Source of the DNA: a virus
Direction: 5' to 3' (one strand)
DNA: 64,000 bases
IMG/VR virus record: IMGVR_UViG_3300036770_004060
Coordinates: 1,120-65,119 of that record
The position numbers and the translations under genes are program-made. Each line of letters starts with the position of its first letter. The stretch's first letter is position 1. Under the pieces are notes generated by a model. That model saw only the letters and a program-made list of their open reading frames with translations. It had not been told where the DNA came from and did no database searches. Positions 10,606-20,920 of this stretch are shown piece by piece.

Positions 10606-12798
10606 TTAGTCAACTATCTTTTGTAGTTGTATAGTATCTTCTGTCTTGATAGTACCTAATGTAGCTTTATTGATGTCAGAAGAACCGTTTACACTATATT
10701 CAATAGAAACACTAGACTTTCTTGTTTTTCCAGCTGATGCAGTTTTTGTTAAGGCGTCCAAAAATCCACCACTTCCACTAGCGTTTTCTACTGGCACTTG
10801 AAAAGTTCCCCGAGATGTAATCATAGTTGCTCTTTTCCCTTTAATGTTTGTAACATCTGATGGGTACATTCTACCAGTTTTTGGGTCTTCAACAGCATCA
10901 TATCCGTATTGTATATCTACGTCTAAATCTATTTTATCTAAAGAGTTAGCATAACGTAAATCTTCTACTTGTTGCGGAGTAAAATTTCTTTTTGTTTTAG
11001 GGTCTTTATACAGACTAGGGTTTTCAGAATATTTGCTTAATGGGATTTTAGCCTGAACTTGTTTTCCAGTTCTTTTGTCGTAATACAAAACATTAACCTT
11101 GCCAGTCTGTCTGTTAGTGTTTAATACATACTTTTTCTCTTTACCCTCCGCATCTTTTTGTCCAGCTAAATGAATAATAAATCCTTGATGTCCAGCAACC
11201 CAATTTCCATATTTATCTTGATATGGGTCTAATCCTCTTTTACTATATTCATTCATATATATTTGCCCTTTTTCTTTACTTGTAAGGTTTTTACCACTTT
11301 TTAAAGCTGAATCTATTATGTTTCTAGCTGAATTTCCTGCACTTAAAGATTCTTTGTCTGCCGTATCGTAGTATTGTTCCCTAGAACGTCTATCTTTAGC
11401 CATCTCAAATGATAATTTTCTTCTTTCTGTTTCATCGGTAGATACTGTTTTAATATCTGACACCTCAATCTTAGAGCCAATTTTGGAAGCCATTAGCCCT
11501 GCAAACTGTCCTTTTAATTCCTGTTCTTCTTCAGGCGTTTCTCCTTTATAGAAATTATTATTATTCCACTCGTTATCTATAAGTTCTTTAAATTGTTTAG
11601 GGTCATAATATTTTCCAATAACAGAAAGATACATATCATAACCCATTCCTTTCTTATACTTCAAAGAATCTCCAGCATCTGTTACATACTCCGAATCGGT
11701 AGTCATCCTTTTAGGATTGAGAGGGCGTATAGTCATTCCTTGTTCGTTAACCGTTTTTGAAAGTTCATCAGTACGCTTAGTGATATTGTCGTAAGACTTC
11801 ATCTTTCTAGCAAGTTCAGACATCTTTCCCCCTTTACCTAAAAACTCTTTAAGGTTTAGCTTCCCAGCTTCCCAATCGGTTAACAAATTAATTGTGTCTG
11901 GTGGCACATAATTTCCATCCTGTAAATCTTTCTTTACACTAGCAGCTATTTTATCAACATACATTATCTCTTTAGCCTGTGCTTCAAGTCTTGTAATGTC
12001 ATCAATAGCCATCCTACTTAGTCTAGTTTTACCATCATACATTTTGGTTGCATCCCATCCGAACTTCTCTAAATATGAATTAATAGTGTTAAAAGAAAGT
12101 TCATTAAACTGCGCCTGATACTGTGGCGAGGTATCTATGTTTAATTTAGATAATTTATCGTTTAAGTCTGCCTTTTCTTTAGCCTGTTTCTCTAATGCTC
12201 GTTTTCTAGCATCTTGCAGAGCAAAAGGAAGTTGACCACCACCTGCAACAAAAATGGGAACATTCCCTAAAACTTTTCCTGAATATGTTCCTACATTAAT
12301 ATTAAAACCTTTAGATGGAAAATAAGATTCTACTCCAAGTGCCTCAATAGCTGGCTCAACTGCATTTCTTCTATCGTTTTTAACAGATGTATTCAACTCA
12401 TCTAATACCTTTTGTCTTTGGTCTGCTGGTAGATTAGCAAAGGAATTAAACAACCCCATATTAAGGTCGCTACCCGAAAACTGGTAATTCCTATTCTGCC
12501 AATCATCTAGTTTAAGATTAGATAAAGCGTTTATTGTTTTTTTTGTTACTTCTTTTTCTTTTGTAAGTAGGTTTTTAGACTGTTTTATGGTATTATCAAA
12601 AACATTAGCTACATCTATTACATTTCTAGCTTCATCGGGTGTTCTTGCGTCCATCATCGCTGATTCGACAAGTTGCTCGGTAGGGTTAATAAGACCTGTT
12701 CCATCTTCAATAAAAGATGAATTATCTACATTAATATCTACTGGTGAATGTGGATTTATAATACCACCTAAAGCTCCCGATGTTTTCTTTTCTGCCAT
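10606..12798 (-). CDS. internal virion / ejection protein (730 aa)
   Basis: Middle gene of the ejection triad; helical, no enzyme motif recognised. Confidence 0.55.
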   Translation of the reverse strand: MAEKKTSGALGGIINPHSPVDINVDNSSFIEDGTGLINPTEQLVESAMMDARTPDEARNVIDVANVFDNTIKQSKNLLTKEKEVTKKTINALSNLKLDDWQNRNYQFSGSDLNMGLFNSFANLPADQRQKVLDELNTSVKNDRRNAVEPAIEALGVESYFPSKGFNINVGTYSGKVLGNVPIFVAGGGQLPFALQDARKRALEKQAKEKADLNDKLSKLNIDTSPQYQAQFNELSFNTINSYLEKFGWDATKMYDGKTRLSRMAIDDITRLEAQAKEIMYVDKIAASVKKDLQDGNYVPPDTINLLTDWEAGKLNLKEFLGKGGKMSELARKMKSYDNITKRTDELSKTVNEQGMTIRPLNPKRMTTDSEYVTDAGDSLKYKKGMGYDMYLSVIGKYYDPKQFKELIDNEWNNNNFYKGETPEEEQELKGQFAGLMASKIGSKIEVSDIKTVSTDETERRKLSFEMAKDRRSREQYYDTADKESLSAGNSARNIIDSALKSGKNLTSKEKGQIYMNEYSKRGLDPYQDKYGNWVAGHQGFIIHLAGQKDAEGKEKKYVLNTNRQTGKVNVLYYDKRTGKQVQAKIPLSKYSENPSLYKDPKTKRNFTPQQVEDLRYANSLDKIDLDVDIQYGYDAVEDPKTGRMYPSDVTNIKGKRATMITSRGTFQVPVENASGSGGFLDALTKTASAGKTRKSSVSIEYSVNGSSDINKATLGTIKTEDTIQLQKIVD

Positions 12799-12804
12799 AG
12801 TTTC

Positions 12805-13587
12805 TTAAAATGTAAAACCTCCTGCCCAGTTTCCTGATAAATTATCTGTACTTGCTAAATCAATAGGAGTAAGACCTGTGTCAACTTCATCAACAAGAAT
12901 TTTAGGAGCTAAAGGGGTTTTCATAGTAATTTTATTTTGAGTAGAGGCAAAGTTTGCTTTACTTAAGTTATCATTATACTGGTTTAATCCATCTAATCCT
13001 TTCATAAGACCAACTCCTACGTTTTGTTTATCTTCGGTTGTTTGTTGAGCAGCCTCTGCAGATGCCTGTGATGCTTTAAGCAAAGAAAGTTCCAGTCTTC
13101 GTTGAACCATGTTATTAATGGTAGCTGCTTCTTGCGCTCCATACTGCATAGCTATTTGTTGACCCTGTTGGTTTAATCCCATAAGCCCTTGTTGGTACAT
13201 TTGGGATATAGCATTTAATCCTCTAGTGGATGCACCATATTTAAAAGCATTATTTATTCCTGTTTTAAGTCCTGAAGTTAATGCTGCTCTATCTAAGTTA
13301 TTTGCTGTTCCGGTCATATAGGCTCTTTTTCTTCTTGCAAAGAATCTTTGTAACGCTCTTTCCTCTAGTGATTCCGCCTGAATGGCATCCATCGCTTCAA
13401 CCGCATTCTTCTTCTTTGTTCCACTCGAAACACCTCCGATAACAGCACCAGCTATAGCACCAGCACCAGCACCTACCGCTGTTCCTACGCCAGGAATTAC
13501 ACTACCTATTGTTGCTCCTAAACTAGCTCCTTTTAATGCTCCTGAACCTGCTCCAGTAGCAGCAGCCATTCCTACACCATCTGCCAT
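12805..13587 (-). CDS. small ejection / DNA-transfer protein with N-terminal glycine zipper (260 aa)
   Basis: GASLGATIGSVIPGVGTAVGAGAGAIAGAVIGG hydrophobic Gly/Ala zipper followed by Gln/Ala-rich helices, typical of podovirus pilot proteins. Confidence 0.65.
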   Translation of the reverse strand: MADGVGMAAATGAGSGALKGASLGATIGSVIPGVGTAVGAGAGAIAGAVIGGVSSGTKKKNAVEAMDAIQAESLEERALQRFFARRKRAYMTGTANNLDRAALTSGLKTGINNAFKYGASTRGLNAISQMYQQGLMGLNQQGQQIAMQYGAQEAATINNMVQRRLELSLLKASQASAEAAQQTTEDKQNVGVGLMKGLDGLNQYNDNLSKANFASTQNKITMKTPLAPKILVDEVDTGLTPIDLASTDNLSGNWAGGFTF

Positions 13588-13617
13588 AATATATTCTTTT
13601 TTACAAATTTAAACATT

Positions 13618-16600
13618 TTACTTCAATTGTTTGTATTGAATACCAGTACTCGATACTAAAAAGTCTTCATCTAAGGTGCTTATAATTTTAAATAATAACA
13701 CTCTACCCTGTTGTCTACCAAAAGGTGTTAAAGTTTTTCTTGGAACGTAACACTCATATCCGTAGTAGTCTTTTATAGATAATGGAACAGCAATAGCATC
13801 AACGGTAGATGACGGAATACCAGTTAAATACTGGCTATACGAATCGTAAAATTCTATCTTCTCTGGTTTACTATTACTATTAACTCTAATTCTTAGAAAC
13901 TCTTTATCAAAATATATTTCAGCATCACTTACTCCTGTAACACTAGCCTCAATTTCTTCACCTGATAATAAATTACCTACTCCTAATGTATATGTAACAA
14001 AATCTTTCATACCATACAATTTATTGTCTATTTGTAGGTATTTATCGTAAACATAACTACTTCTACATTGAAGCATTTTTTGTTGTAACCCAAATATTAT
14101 ACTTTGAGGGATTAAGTCATAGCCATCGGTTTCATCATCAATATTTGTTTTATCGAACGTTAATATATATTCTTGGTTTTTAAGATTGAATGCTCCTGCT
14201 AGTTTACTCCCATACGCACTTTCGATATATGGTGCAATTCTATTTATAAACATCTCTCTAAACCCTGTTTGACATAAATCTGTTAATTGGTTGTCAGTAA
14301 ACAAATAAACAGATGTCTTATTACAGAAAAAAAGCATATTAGAATATTCAGCCCAACTTCTCCATGTTTCATCTTGCATACCGATATTCTTATCAATCCA
14401 TAGTTGGTTGAGTATACCCCCTAGGTCTGAACCAACTGTTGCTAGTTCGTTAGCGTTAATTTCGTGAATAATTCTTTTGTCTACCAAAAGTAAGCACACT
14501 CCATTATCTGTTATTGCGTATAGGTTATTGCCTTTATCATTAGATAAAGCACTCCAAGCAAACTTTATTTCCCCTGTATCGTCTGATATATCGTAAAGAT
14601 TAGCAGAAGGAAAAGTTCTTACTGTTGGTGTATTTTGAATGTTTATTGGTCTAGGTAGCGACCAAACTATACGTGTAGAAAAGTGTGTTTGTTCTTCAAA
14701 TCCTACCGTTGGTACAGATGTTATTAAAAGGGTTGTTTGGTTTTTAGAATAATCAATATTTGTCTGTGGTTTAAATCTAAATCCACCTACTGTCCATAAA
14801 TTCCATTCGTAACCATAATCATCAAAATAGTCTGAATGTAAATTGTTGTTGGATATAAAAGTTGGAGCATCATCTTCATCTCCAGTACTCCATTTATAGG
14901 GTCTAGGAATATAATTTTTTAATGGGAAAAATTGATTTACACTTGCTTTAACAACCTCATCATTAAAGGAAAAACTTAAATTTATCCTAGTTTCTGCTGT
15001 CCAAACAGCTATAAATTGTCTAATTCTAGCTGGTGAAGCTCCGTCGGGGTCAAAAGAGAAAGATTTTTCAGCCTGTATTTTATCAATCCCAGTGCAATCA
15101 CGAATTATTCGCATATCAGCAATTAATTCATACCCTTGGTATGGAAACGGAACATTTATCCTAAAATCACTACCAGTTTCTGGGTCTCCATTAGCATCAT
15201 ATACATTATCTTTTATAGCCCAAACACTCTCGTTTATATATGTATCACCTCCGAATACCCTTACAGGAACTCTATTATCGTATTTAACATAAATTTCACT
15301 ACCATTCGATGGGAAATAAGAAGTTGAAGTTCCGCCAAGTCCTAAGTCTGCAAAAACTAATGTAAATATTGGACAAATATCATCTGTAGTTTCTGTGTGC
15401 TTATATATTCCATAAACATTATACGAACCTGATGTGTCTGTTGCTACGTAGAACCCATCATTGTCAATATCTGTAAGTACGGTAATTATTTCTCCATTAG
15501 TATAACTTGTTACATTGAGCCAAAGTCTCTCTGTTCCAGTATTTACATCTTTTACTGTAACAAATTTTTCAAGTGTTGAGTAGTCATTATTTACAGAGCC
15601 TGCTATATCTTGAATACAGTCTTCCCATCTTTCAGAAACAAGAACAGGGGATATAGCACCGCCAGTTCCTATAGCTATTAAAGACTTAATTTTAGTAAAA
15701 TCTCCTGTGTATTTATATTGAGTTGTAATAGAATCTGCAATTGCTTCATTTTTCTTAACCAAATTTACTGCATAAACAGGCTCGTGCCATTTTTTAACGT
15801 CAGGGTCTTCCGAATCTTGCGCACTATTACAATACGCCTCTGTGTAAATAGAAGTATCTAAAGTTATTTTAAAATATTTACCAGTACCTGATTCGGTAGT
15901 TATTTGGGAAATATCTGTTATTCCGAGTGCAACATTCCCTCCGTCAACGCCTCCAAACAGAGAATCGTTTTCGCTTGTTTCTCTCCAAGTTCCAAAGTCA
16001 ACATATCCCCCATTTCCAACTGTTCCACCACTATCTGTTGGGTTTATTTGCCCATTCTCATAAAGTATTCTACAATATGAAACAAAATCAGTTCCTTTTT
16101 TTACACTGTCTGGTGTGGCAAACAAGGAATTAAGAAAACTATACACTTCTGTAAAGAAACCCAAAGGAGAAACTAATTGTATCTCATAATTAGCGGAAGC
16201 TATACTAGAATCTAATAATTCATCTACAATAGATGGATTAATCCCTGTATCTTCATCAAGGTCTGGAAAATATATTACAATGCTATCGACTTCTTTCCCA
16301 CTATTGCCACCTAAACCTCCATCAGAACTTATTAGGTCATAAAACCCTAAACCTTGCGCAACAACCCTCCCAGCTGGTTCTGTTTGTACAACCGAAAACC
16401 CACTAACCCAATTAGGTAATGTTGAAGTGTTTATACCTTTAAAAGAAACCCCCATTGAGTAATAATTCAATCCGAATCCCTCTGGGGTATATACATGGTC
16501 TCCTGATGCAAATGTTGTTGTTTCATAAACTGCTACATTAGGTTTTTCAAAACCACTACCATCAGTATCTGCTTGTGATATTGGGTGTACTGCATAATAC

Positions 16601-18141
16601 GTGTCATCTCCACCACCAGCATCAAGAAGATTATATTGTAAACCTCCTGTTTTTTCTACAGCGTCAGTGTGGTCAAATACCTCGTGTGTTTCATCAACTG
16701 TTCCTATATCTGTTGAAGCAGCAGTAACCAAACCTTTATACGATGTTCCTTTTGTTAAATTTGAAACTAAATCTCGTCTATTTGGAAAAGTAAAATTATC
16801 CGCATCTGTTATTTTTTTAGCATAAGATATGTTTCCAGCATTATCAAATAATATAACTCCAAATCCATGTATCTCACCACGCATATTAGCCTTATAGTAA
16901 GTAGAATTATATGCGTGTTTATGCCCTAAAAGACCTAGTTTTTCTATCGTTGGGAATATCACATCTTCATCATCTACAAAATCAATTTGGTTATCAATAT
17001 CTTTTGACTGGTATTTTACGTTAAATAGCCATAATTTGTCATTATAATAACGAATACTTTTTGCTGAATTTATGGAACTTAATTGGTCAGATGATTCCTC
17101 TAGCGTTAATACCTCCTGAACCTCTGTTGAATCACATTTATCAAGTATGTTTAAAACGCTAACGCCCTCTAATATGTTTATAGAACCAATTATTTCAGAA
17201 ACAGGGGGAGAACCAATAGCATCACCACCATACCAAGAATCACGCCTAACTTCAATAAACTCAAATCCTGTAAAGTTTTCTATTCTAAGTCTTATATGGT
17301 TTCCATAAACAGTAGGTGAAAGTAAATTTGGGTCTCCACTATATGTTCTAAGGTATGGATGCTCGGTAAACTGTGAAGATACATTTCTAGTTACTGGTAT
17401 AAGTTCTGTTATTGGAGAAAAAATAGACCTATCCCCTAGCGCAGTAGAATACCTATAAGAATAGGAATAAGAACCTATTGGAAGACCTCCTGAACCTATA
17501 ACGCTATCATAACCAACAATACTTGTATCTTGTTTAATAAATTTAGGTTTGTGTACAGACGAAAAAACATTAATTGTATATTCATCTAGTATAAATCCCT
17601 CAAAATACTTGTCAGTACATTCTCCTACAACTCCATCGTAGGTCATTGCTGAATTAAGCATTAAGTCTTTTAAGGAAAGAATAATTGGCGATGTATTGTT
17701 GTTTGTAATGTATATTTCTCCACCTACACAATTTTCGTTTTTATGATATTGTAATGGGTGTTCTACATCAACTGGAAAATCAGCTGACATTAGAACTATT
17801 TTACCATCAACTCTAATAAGTGGGTCAAATGTTTCTGGAGTTGTACTAGCCCATATCTCAACAATATGTTCTGTTATTTCTAGTGTAGCCATACACTCAT
17901 ATGTAGCACTTAAAGGGGCGTATGGTTCTTCTAATGAGCATCTATTGTTTAGATTAGGATATAATGATTCTTCACCTTTTATTTTTTTCTTAGCATAGTC
18001 ATCACCATCGGCAGACATAGAACGCATATTAAGAGCGTCAACATGAACTCCGGCTTGACCTCCTAAGAGTTCCTTGTTCATGTCTCCGTTAATTCCCTTA
18101 CTATAGTCTTTAAGGTCTATTTTAAAATGCTTTCTGCTCAT
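13618..18141 (-). CDS. tail nozzle/muzzle (tail stabilisation) protein, 1507 aa
   Basis: Start motif FKIDLKDYSKGINGD...DALNMR, beta-rich body and C-terminal DKEFLRIRVNS...RQQGRVLLFK resemble crAss-like/P22-gp10-type nozzle proteins; follows ring-protein genes. Confidence 0.7.
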   Translation of the reverse strand: MSRKHFKIDLKDYSKGINGDMNKELLGGQAGVHVDALNMRSMSADGDDYAKKKIKGEESLYPNLNNRCSLEEPYAPLSATYECMATLEITEHIVEIWASTTPETFDPLIRVDGKIVLMSADFPVDVEHPLQYHKNENCVGGEIYITNNNTSPIILSLKDLMLNSAMTYDGVVGECTDKYFEGFILDEYTINVFSSVHKPKFIKQDTSIVGYDSVIGSGGLPIGSYSYSYRYSTALGDRSIFSPITELIPVTRNVSSQFTEHPYLRTYSGDPNLLSPTVYGNHIRLRIENFTGFEFIEVRRDSWYGGDAIGSPPVSEIIGSINILEGVSVLNILDKCDSTEVQEVLTLEESSDQLSSINSAKSIRYYNDKLWLFNVKYQSKDIDNQIDFVDDEDVIFPTIEKLGLLGHKHAYNSTYYKANMRGEIHGFGVILFDNAGNISYAKKITDADNFTFPNRRDLVSNLTKGTSYKGLVTAASTDIGTVDETHEVFDHTDAVEKTGGLQYNLLDAGGGDDTYYAVHPISQADTDGSGFEKPNVAVYETTTFASGDHVYTPEGFGLNYYSMGVSFKGINTSTLPNWVSGFSVVQTEPAGRVVAQGLGFYDLISSDGGLGGNSGKEVDSIVIYFPDLDEDTGINPSIVDELLDSSIASANYEIQLVSPLGFFTEVYSFLNSLFATPDSVKKGTDFVSYCRILYENGQINPTDSGGTVGNGGYVDFGTWRETSENDSLFGGVDGGNVALGITDISQITTESGTGKYFKITLDTSIYTEAYCNSAQDSEDPDVKKWHEPVYAVNLVKKNEAIADSITTQYKYTGDFTKIKSLIAIGTGGAISPVLVSERWEDCIQDIAGSVNNDYSTLEKFVTVKDVNTGTERLWLNVTSYTNGEIITVLTDIDNDGFYVATDTSGSYNVYGIYKHTETTDDICPIFTLVFADLGLGGTSTSYFPSNGSEIYVKYDNRVPVRVFGGDTYINESVWAIKDNVYDANGDPETGSDFRINVPFPYQGYELIADMRIIRDCTGIDKIQAEKSFSFDPDGASPARIRQFIAVWTAETRINLSFSFNDEVVKASVNQFFPLKNYIPRPYKWSTGDEDDAPTFISNNNLHSDYFDDYGYEWNLWTVGGFRFKPQTNIDYSKNQTTLLITSVPTVGFEEQTHFSTRIVWSLPRPINIQNTPTVRTFPSANLYDISDDTGEIKFAWSALSNDKGNNLYAITDNGVCLLLVDKRIIHEINANELATVGSDLGGILNQLWIDKNIGMQDETWRSWAEYSNMLFFCNKTSVYLFTDNQLTDLCQTGFREMFINRIAPYIESAYGSKLAGAFNLKNQEYILTFDKTNIDDETDGYDLIPQSIIFGLQQKMLQCRSSYVYDKYLQIDNKLYGMKDFVTYTLGVGNLLSGEEIEASVTGVSDAEIYFDKEFLRIRVNSNSKPEKIEFYDSYSQYLTGIPSSTVDAIAVPLSIKDYYGYECYVPRKTLTPFGRQQGRVLLFKIISTLDEDFLVSSTGIQYKQLK

Positions 18142-18905
18142 TTGTGTATAAGACTTCCAATATAAAGATTCATAGATTCACGTTCATATGTATTCATAGA
18201 ATTAGCTCTCTTTCTAGCTTTATTCCAAGAGCCTGTTTGAGGATTCTCTAAATCGTTTTTAGCATCAATCCATAAAGGACGATATTTTCTAGGGTCTCTT
18301 GACTTCATGGCATTATAATACCTTACATAAACAAAGTCTTTTATTGCTTCTTCAAACATTCTAGGTATTATTGGAATATCACCAACGGCAGTTCCAAACC
18401 CATTAAATATTATTCTTATGTACTTATATCCGATACTTGACCTACTAAGCATAAGTATTCCGTTTTGCTCATTAGCGTAATAGTCGTATAGGTTATACGG
18501 GCTTGTTATCGAATTACGAGATAAATCACCGACAAATGGGTCGCCTGAATTTGAACCGTCATCTTTTATCATAGCAGTATAACCCTGTCCATCGTAATTA
18601 TTATTAAAAAGTCTTTTATAATAAACGTTTTGTGTTTTAATTGGGTTACAGAAGCTTCCGTTATAAAGGTATATTTCACGTATATTAAATACGTTTTCAG
18701 GTATTTTTACTTGTAATGATGCTGGTATTTCTTCATCATGTTGAAGTTTAAAGTACATGGTATCGACAGCTAGTTCCTGCATAGCATCTTGAATCCTAGA
18801 CATAAACCATCCTTTAGGGAATCCGTTTCTAAATGCCTTATCATCAACTGTAGATGTTATTTCTGCCAGTATGTGATTTGCGCTAACGAAGTCATTACTT
18901 ACCAT
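18138..18905 (-). CDS. tail ring / adaptor protein (255 aa)
   Basis: Helix-beta-helix layout with C-terminal DIPIIPRMFEEAIKDFVY; adjacent to the nozzle gene. Confidence 0.6.
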   Translation of the reverse strand: MVSNDFVSANHILAEITSTVDDKAFRNGFPKGWFMSRIQDAMQELAVDTMYFKLQHDEEIPASLQVKIPENVFNIREIYLYNGSFCNPIKTQNVYYKRLFNNNYDGQGYTAMIKDDGSNSGDPFVGDLSRNSITSPYNLYDYYANEQNGILMLSRSSIGYKYIRIIFNGFGTAVGDIPIIPRMFEEAIKDFVYVRYYNAMKSRDPRKYRPLWIDAKNDLENPQTGSWNKARKRANSMNTYERESMNLYIGSLIHK

Positions 18906-19624
18906 TACTGTTGTTCTTGTTGGTTACTATTTTGAGTTTGTTGTGCGTACTGCTTTGGTTGTTTTACTTCTGTACTATCCGCTCCATCGTTTGCTCTTTC
19001 ATCAGGAATAAGCATTACATACCTACCTAACTTTAAAACCTCCTGAATAAGTTCTCCTACTCTTTCATCGGGTATCGGTAATTCATCATCTAATGAACAA
19101 ATATTTCTAGGGTCTAAAGAAGAACGAACCGCTATCTCAACATCTTTTACTTCTACGCATTCAATACCTAATAAATAAATCCTGTTTACGGATACATTGT
19201 TTACCTTGTCGGCTACTCTTCTAAAGTAAGGGTTTTTAGCACTAGGGGTAGTATATTCATCTAGGTATAGGTGTTGTACTTCCATCGTATTTACTGGCTG
19301 GAAGAATGTCTGAGCAAAACTATCACCATGACAGGATAATGTGTCAATATTGTATGTTATATATGCGATACCCTCATTATTTGGTAAATCCATTATTTGA
19401 GTAGGCAGGTCAATATATTTTCTTGATTTATCGTCTTTTTGTACAGTAACAGGATAGAACGTAGAGGTAAATAAATCTGATTTAGTAACCGCATATTGTT
19501 GTAAACGTATTCTATTAGCAACTACCTGTACCCAGTAGATTATCTGGATTAAGGTAATATCGGCATCATCAAAGGTTTTCTTTAGTGATTTCTGTAAGTC
19601 GTATGCAACAAATCTGTATGTCAT
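18905..19624 (-). CDS. tail ring / adaptor protein (239 aa)
   Basis: MTYRFVAYDLQ...YIDLPTQIMDLPNNEGI...NPYF...DELPIPDE layout typical of crAss-like ring proteins. Confidence 0.6.
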   Translation of the reverse strand: MTYRFVAYDLQKSLKKTFDDADITLIQIIYWVQVVANRIRLQQYAVTKSDLFTSTFYPVTVQKDDKSRKYIDLPTQIMDLPNNEGIAYITYNIDTLSCHGDSFAQTFFQPVNTMEVQHLYLDEYTTPSAKNPYFRRVADKVNNVSVNRIYLLGIECVEVKDVEIAVRSSLDPRNICSLDDELPIPDERVGELIQEVLKLGRYVMLIPDERANDGADSTEVKQPKQYAQQTQNSNQQEQQ

Positions 19625-19627
19625 CTA

Positions 19628-19662
19628 TTAGTCATTGGTGATTAGTAACTAGGCATTAGTCT
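19628..19662. repeat. five tandem degenerate heptamers (TTAGTCA TTGGTGA TTAGTAA CTAGGCA TTAGTCT)
   Basis: Exact 7-nt period, directly upstream of the ring-protein start codon. Confidence 0.85.
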
Positions 19663-19686
19663 TAATATCCTAAAGTCTTATTGTGT

Positions 19687-19719
19687 CAAAGATAATTATT
19701 TTAATAATTCGTTTTTTTT
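19687..19719 (-). promoter_or_regulatory. leftward (late) promoter: TATCTTTG box with upstream A-tract-CG element
   Basis: Plus strand CAAAGATA at 19687-19694 and CG-T8 starting at 19710; same spacing seen at 28890 and 33146. Confidence 0.6.
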
Positions 19720-19731
19720 GAATATTAATTG

Positions 19732-19828
19732 TATATTTGTGCTGTGTAATTTGTTTTAATTCATAATTTTAGTTTTTTCATTTTTGTTTCAGGAAAAGAG
19801 TAGAGAAGAAATTTTTTACTCTTTTTTT
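19732..19828 (+). ncRNA. candidate small RNA unit 1 (promoter TATATTTG to intrinsic terminator)
   Basis: -7 box 19732-19739; hairpin AAAAGAGTA/TACTCTTTT 19794-19825 plus T tract; no ORF in between. Confidence 0.4.
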
Positions 19829-19850
19829 GTTGTATTAATAATTATTTTAA

Positions 19851-19958
19851 TACCTTTGGTATTAGATTTTTGTACTCTCATTCAAAGATTTATAGTTTAG
19901 TGATGTAAAAAGACTGGATAACTAGGAAAGTGAGGTTTGTAAAGACTTCACTTTTTTT
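19851..19958 (+). ncRNA. candidate small RNA unit 2 (promoter TACCTTTG to intrinsic terminator)
   Basis: -7 box 19851-19858; 12-bp hairpin with GTAA tetraloop 19927-19954 plus T tract. Confidence 0.4.
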
Positions 19959-19974
19959 ATTTAAAATAATTTGT

Positions 19975-20102
19975 TTATTAGAAAATAATTATTACTTTTG
20001 TTTCACACCCACACTGCAATAAAAAAAGACTTTATTATACCGTAATGGTATATAAATTAAGCTCTAAGAAGTTCTGTGGTGGGGGTGCTTAGGGCTTTTT
20101 TT
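19975..20102 (+). promoter_or_regulatory. promoter plus attenuator-like leader with uORF and terminator
   Basis: TACTTTTG 19993-20000; uORF 20045-20092 (MVYKLSSKKFCGGGA); hairpin AAGCTCTAAG/CTTAGGGCTT 20059-20097 plus T tract ending just before ATG 20103. Confidence 0.5.
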
Positions 20103-20885
20103 ATGCATAGTAACGAGATTAAAATATTAGCATTTGTAGTAGCTTTCAAGAGATATAGGAAGAACTCTGTCATCTTTAAAGAGGCTAAATATAAGATAGC
20201 TCAACGATTTAATCTCCATCCTACAACATTCAATAACTATCTTTCATTAGCAATTAAACTAGGTTATATTCAAGAGAATAATGCCTATAAAGTAATTCCA
20301 TTCAGAGATATTGTTAAAGACTTTAAGTACAAAACAGACTTAATCTTTTGGAAACATAAAATACTTCAATCAAAAGAAATAAGTTTTAAAAGAATATTAA
20401 TAGAAATAGAAAACATAATAACATTCGATAATGTAATAAGAAGACAACAATTCAGAATAAAACAAAAAGGTAAAAGAATTGAAGCTATTAACTACCTAAA
20501 GCAAACAGATAAAAAGTCATGTCCTAAACTTTCATATAAGTACCTAAAAGATATTATGAAAAAAGGATTAAATTGTGTTGCTAACAACGAGTTAATAGAG
20601 AAATATTCTCCTACCATAAGAACATCAGCTAGGAACGTATCTAAACATACTTCTTTTAGTGTATCTAAATCAAACAAAATATTAAACCGTTCAACTAATC
20701 TTTATAAGAGAGAGATTGTTTCTAAATGGTTTATTGGTGTTTCTTTTTTTAAACTAGAAGAATTAAAAGTAAAGTATCCTAAAGCTACTATTATTCCTTT
20801 CACTAAACATAATAAGATTAAAGTCTGTGATGGTAGTATGATTAGTGTTCTTAATTCATCTGATATAGGTATGGGAGTAAAATGA
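20103..20885 (+). CDS. putative DNA-binding protein with two HTH-like segments (regulator or replication protein)
   Basis: Basic protein; YKIAQRFNLHPTTFNNYLSLAIKLGYI and SARNVSKHTSFSVSKSNKIL are winged-HTH-like. ATG 20103 preferred over the GTG at 20076, which lies inside the terminator. Confidence 0.5.
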   Translation: MHSNEIKILAFVVAFKRYRKNSVIFKEAKYKIAQRFNLHPTTFNNYLSLAIKLGYIQENNAYKVIPFRDIVKDFKYKTDLIFWKHKILQSKEISFKRILIEIENIITFDNVIRRQQFRIKQKGKRIEAINYLKQTDKKSCPKLSYKYLKDIMKKGLNCVANNELIEKYSPTIRTSARNVSKHTSFSVSKSNKILNRSTNLYKREIVSKWFIGVSFFKLEELKVKYPKATIIPFTKHNKIKVCDGSMISVLNSSDIGMGVK

Positions 20886-20920
20886 CTTAAGTTTGTATTT
20901 AAAATGAGAATTTGCAAATC

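Noticed and set aside
10590-10606. Fur box
   Set aside because: The palindrome is 8-1-8 (AATGATAA-T-TTATCATT), one base short of the 7-1-7 TGATAATnATTATCA Fur spacing; kept only as a generic palindrome.
1855-17000. Short plus-strand ORFs in the ORF track opposite the large virion genes (similar shadows at 28459, 29561, 32843, 35873, 42196, 43631, 47104)
   Set aside because: Antisense shadows of long coding genes, with no promoter or start context and low-information sequence.
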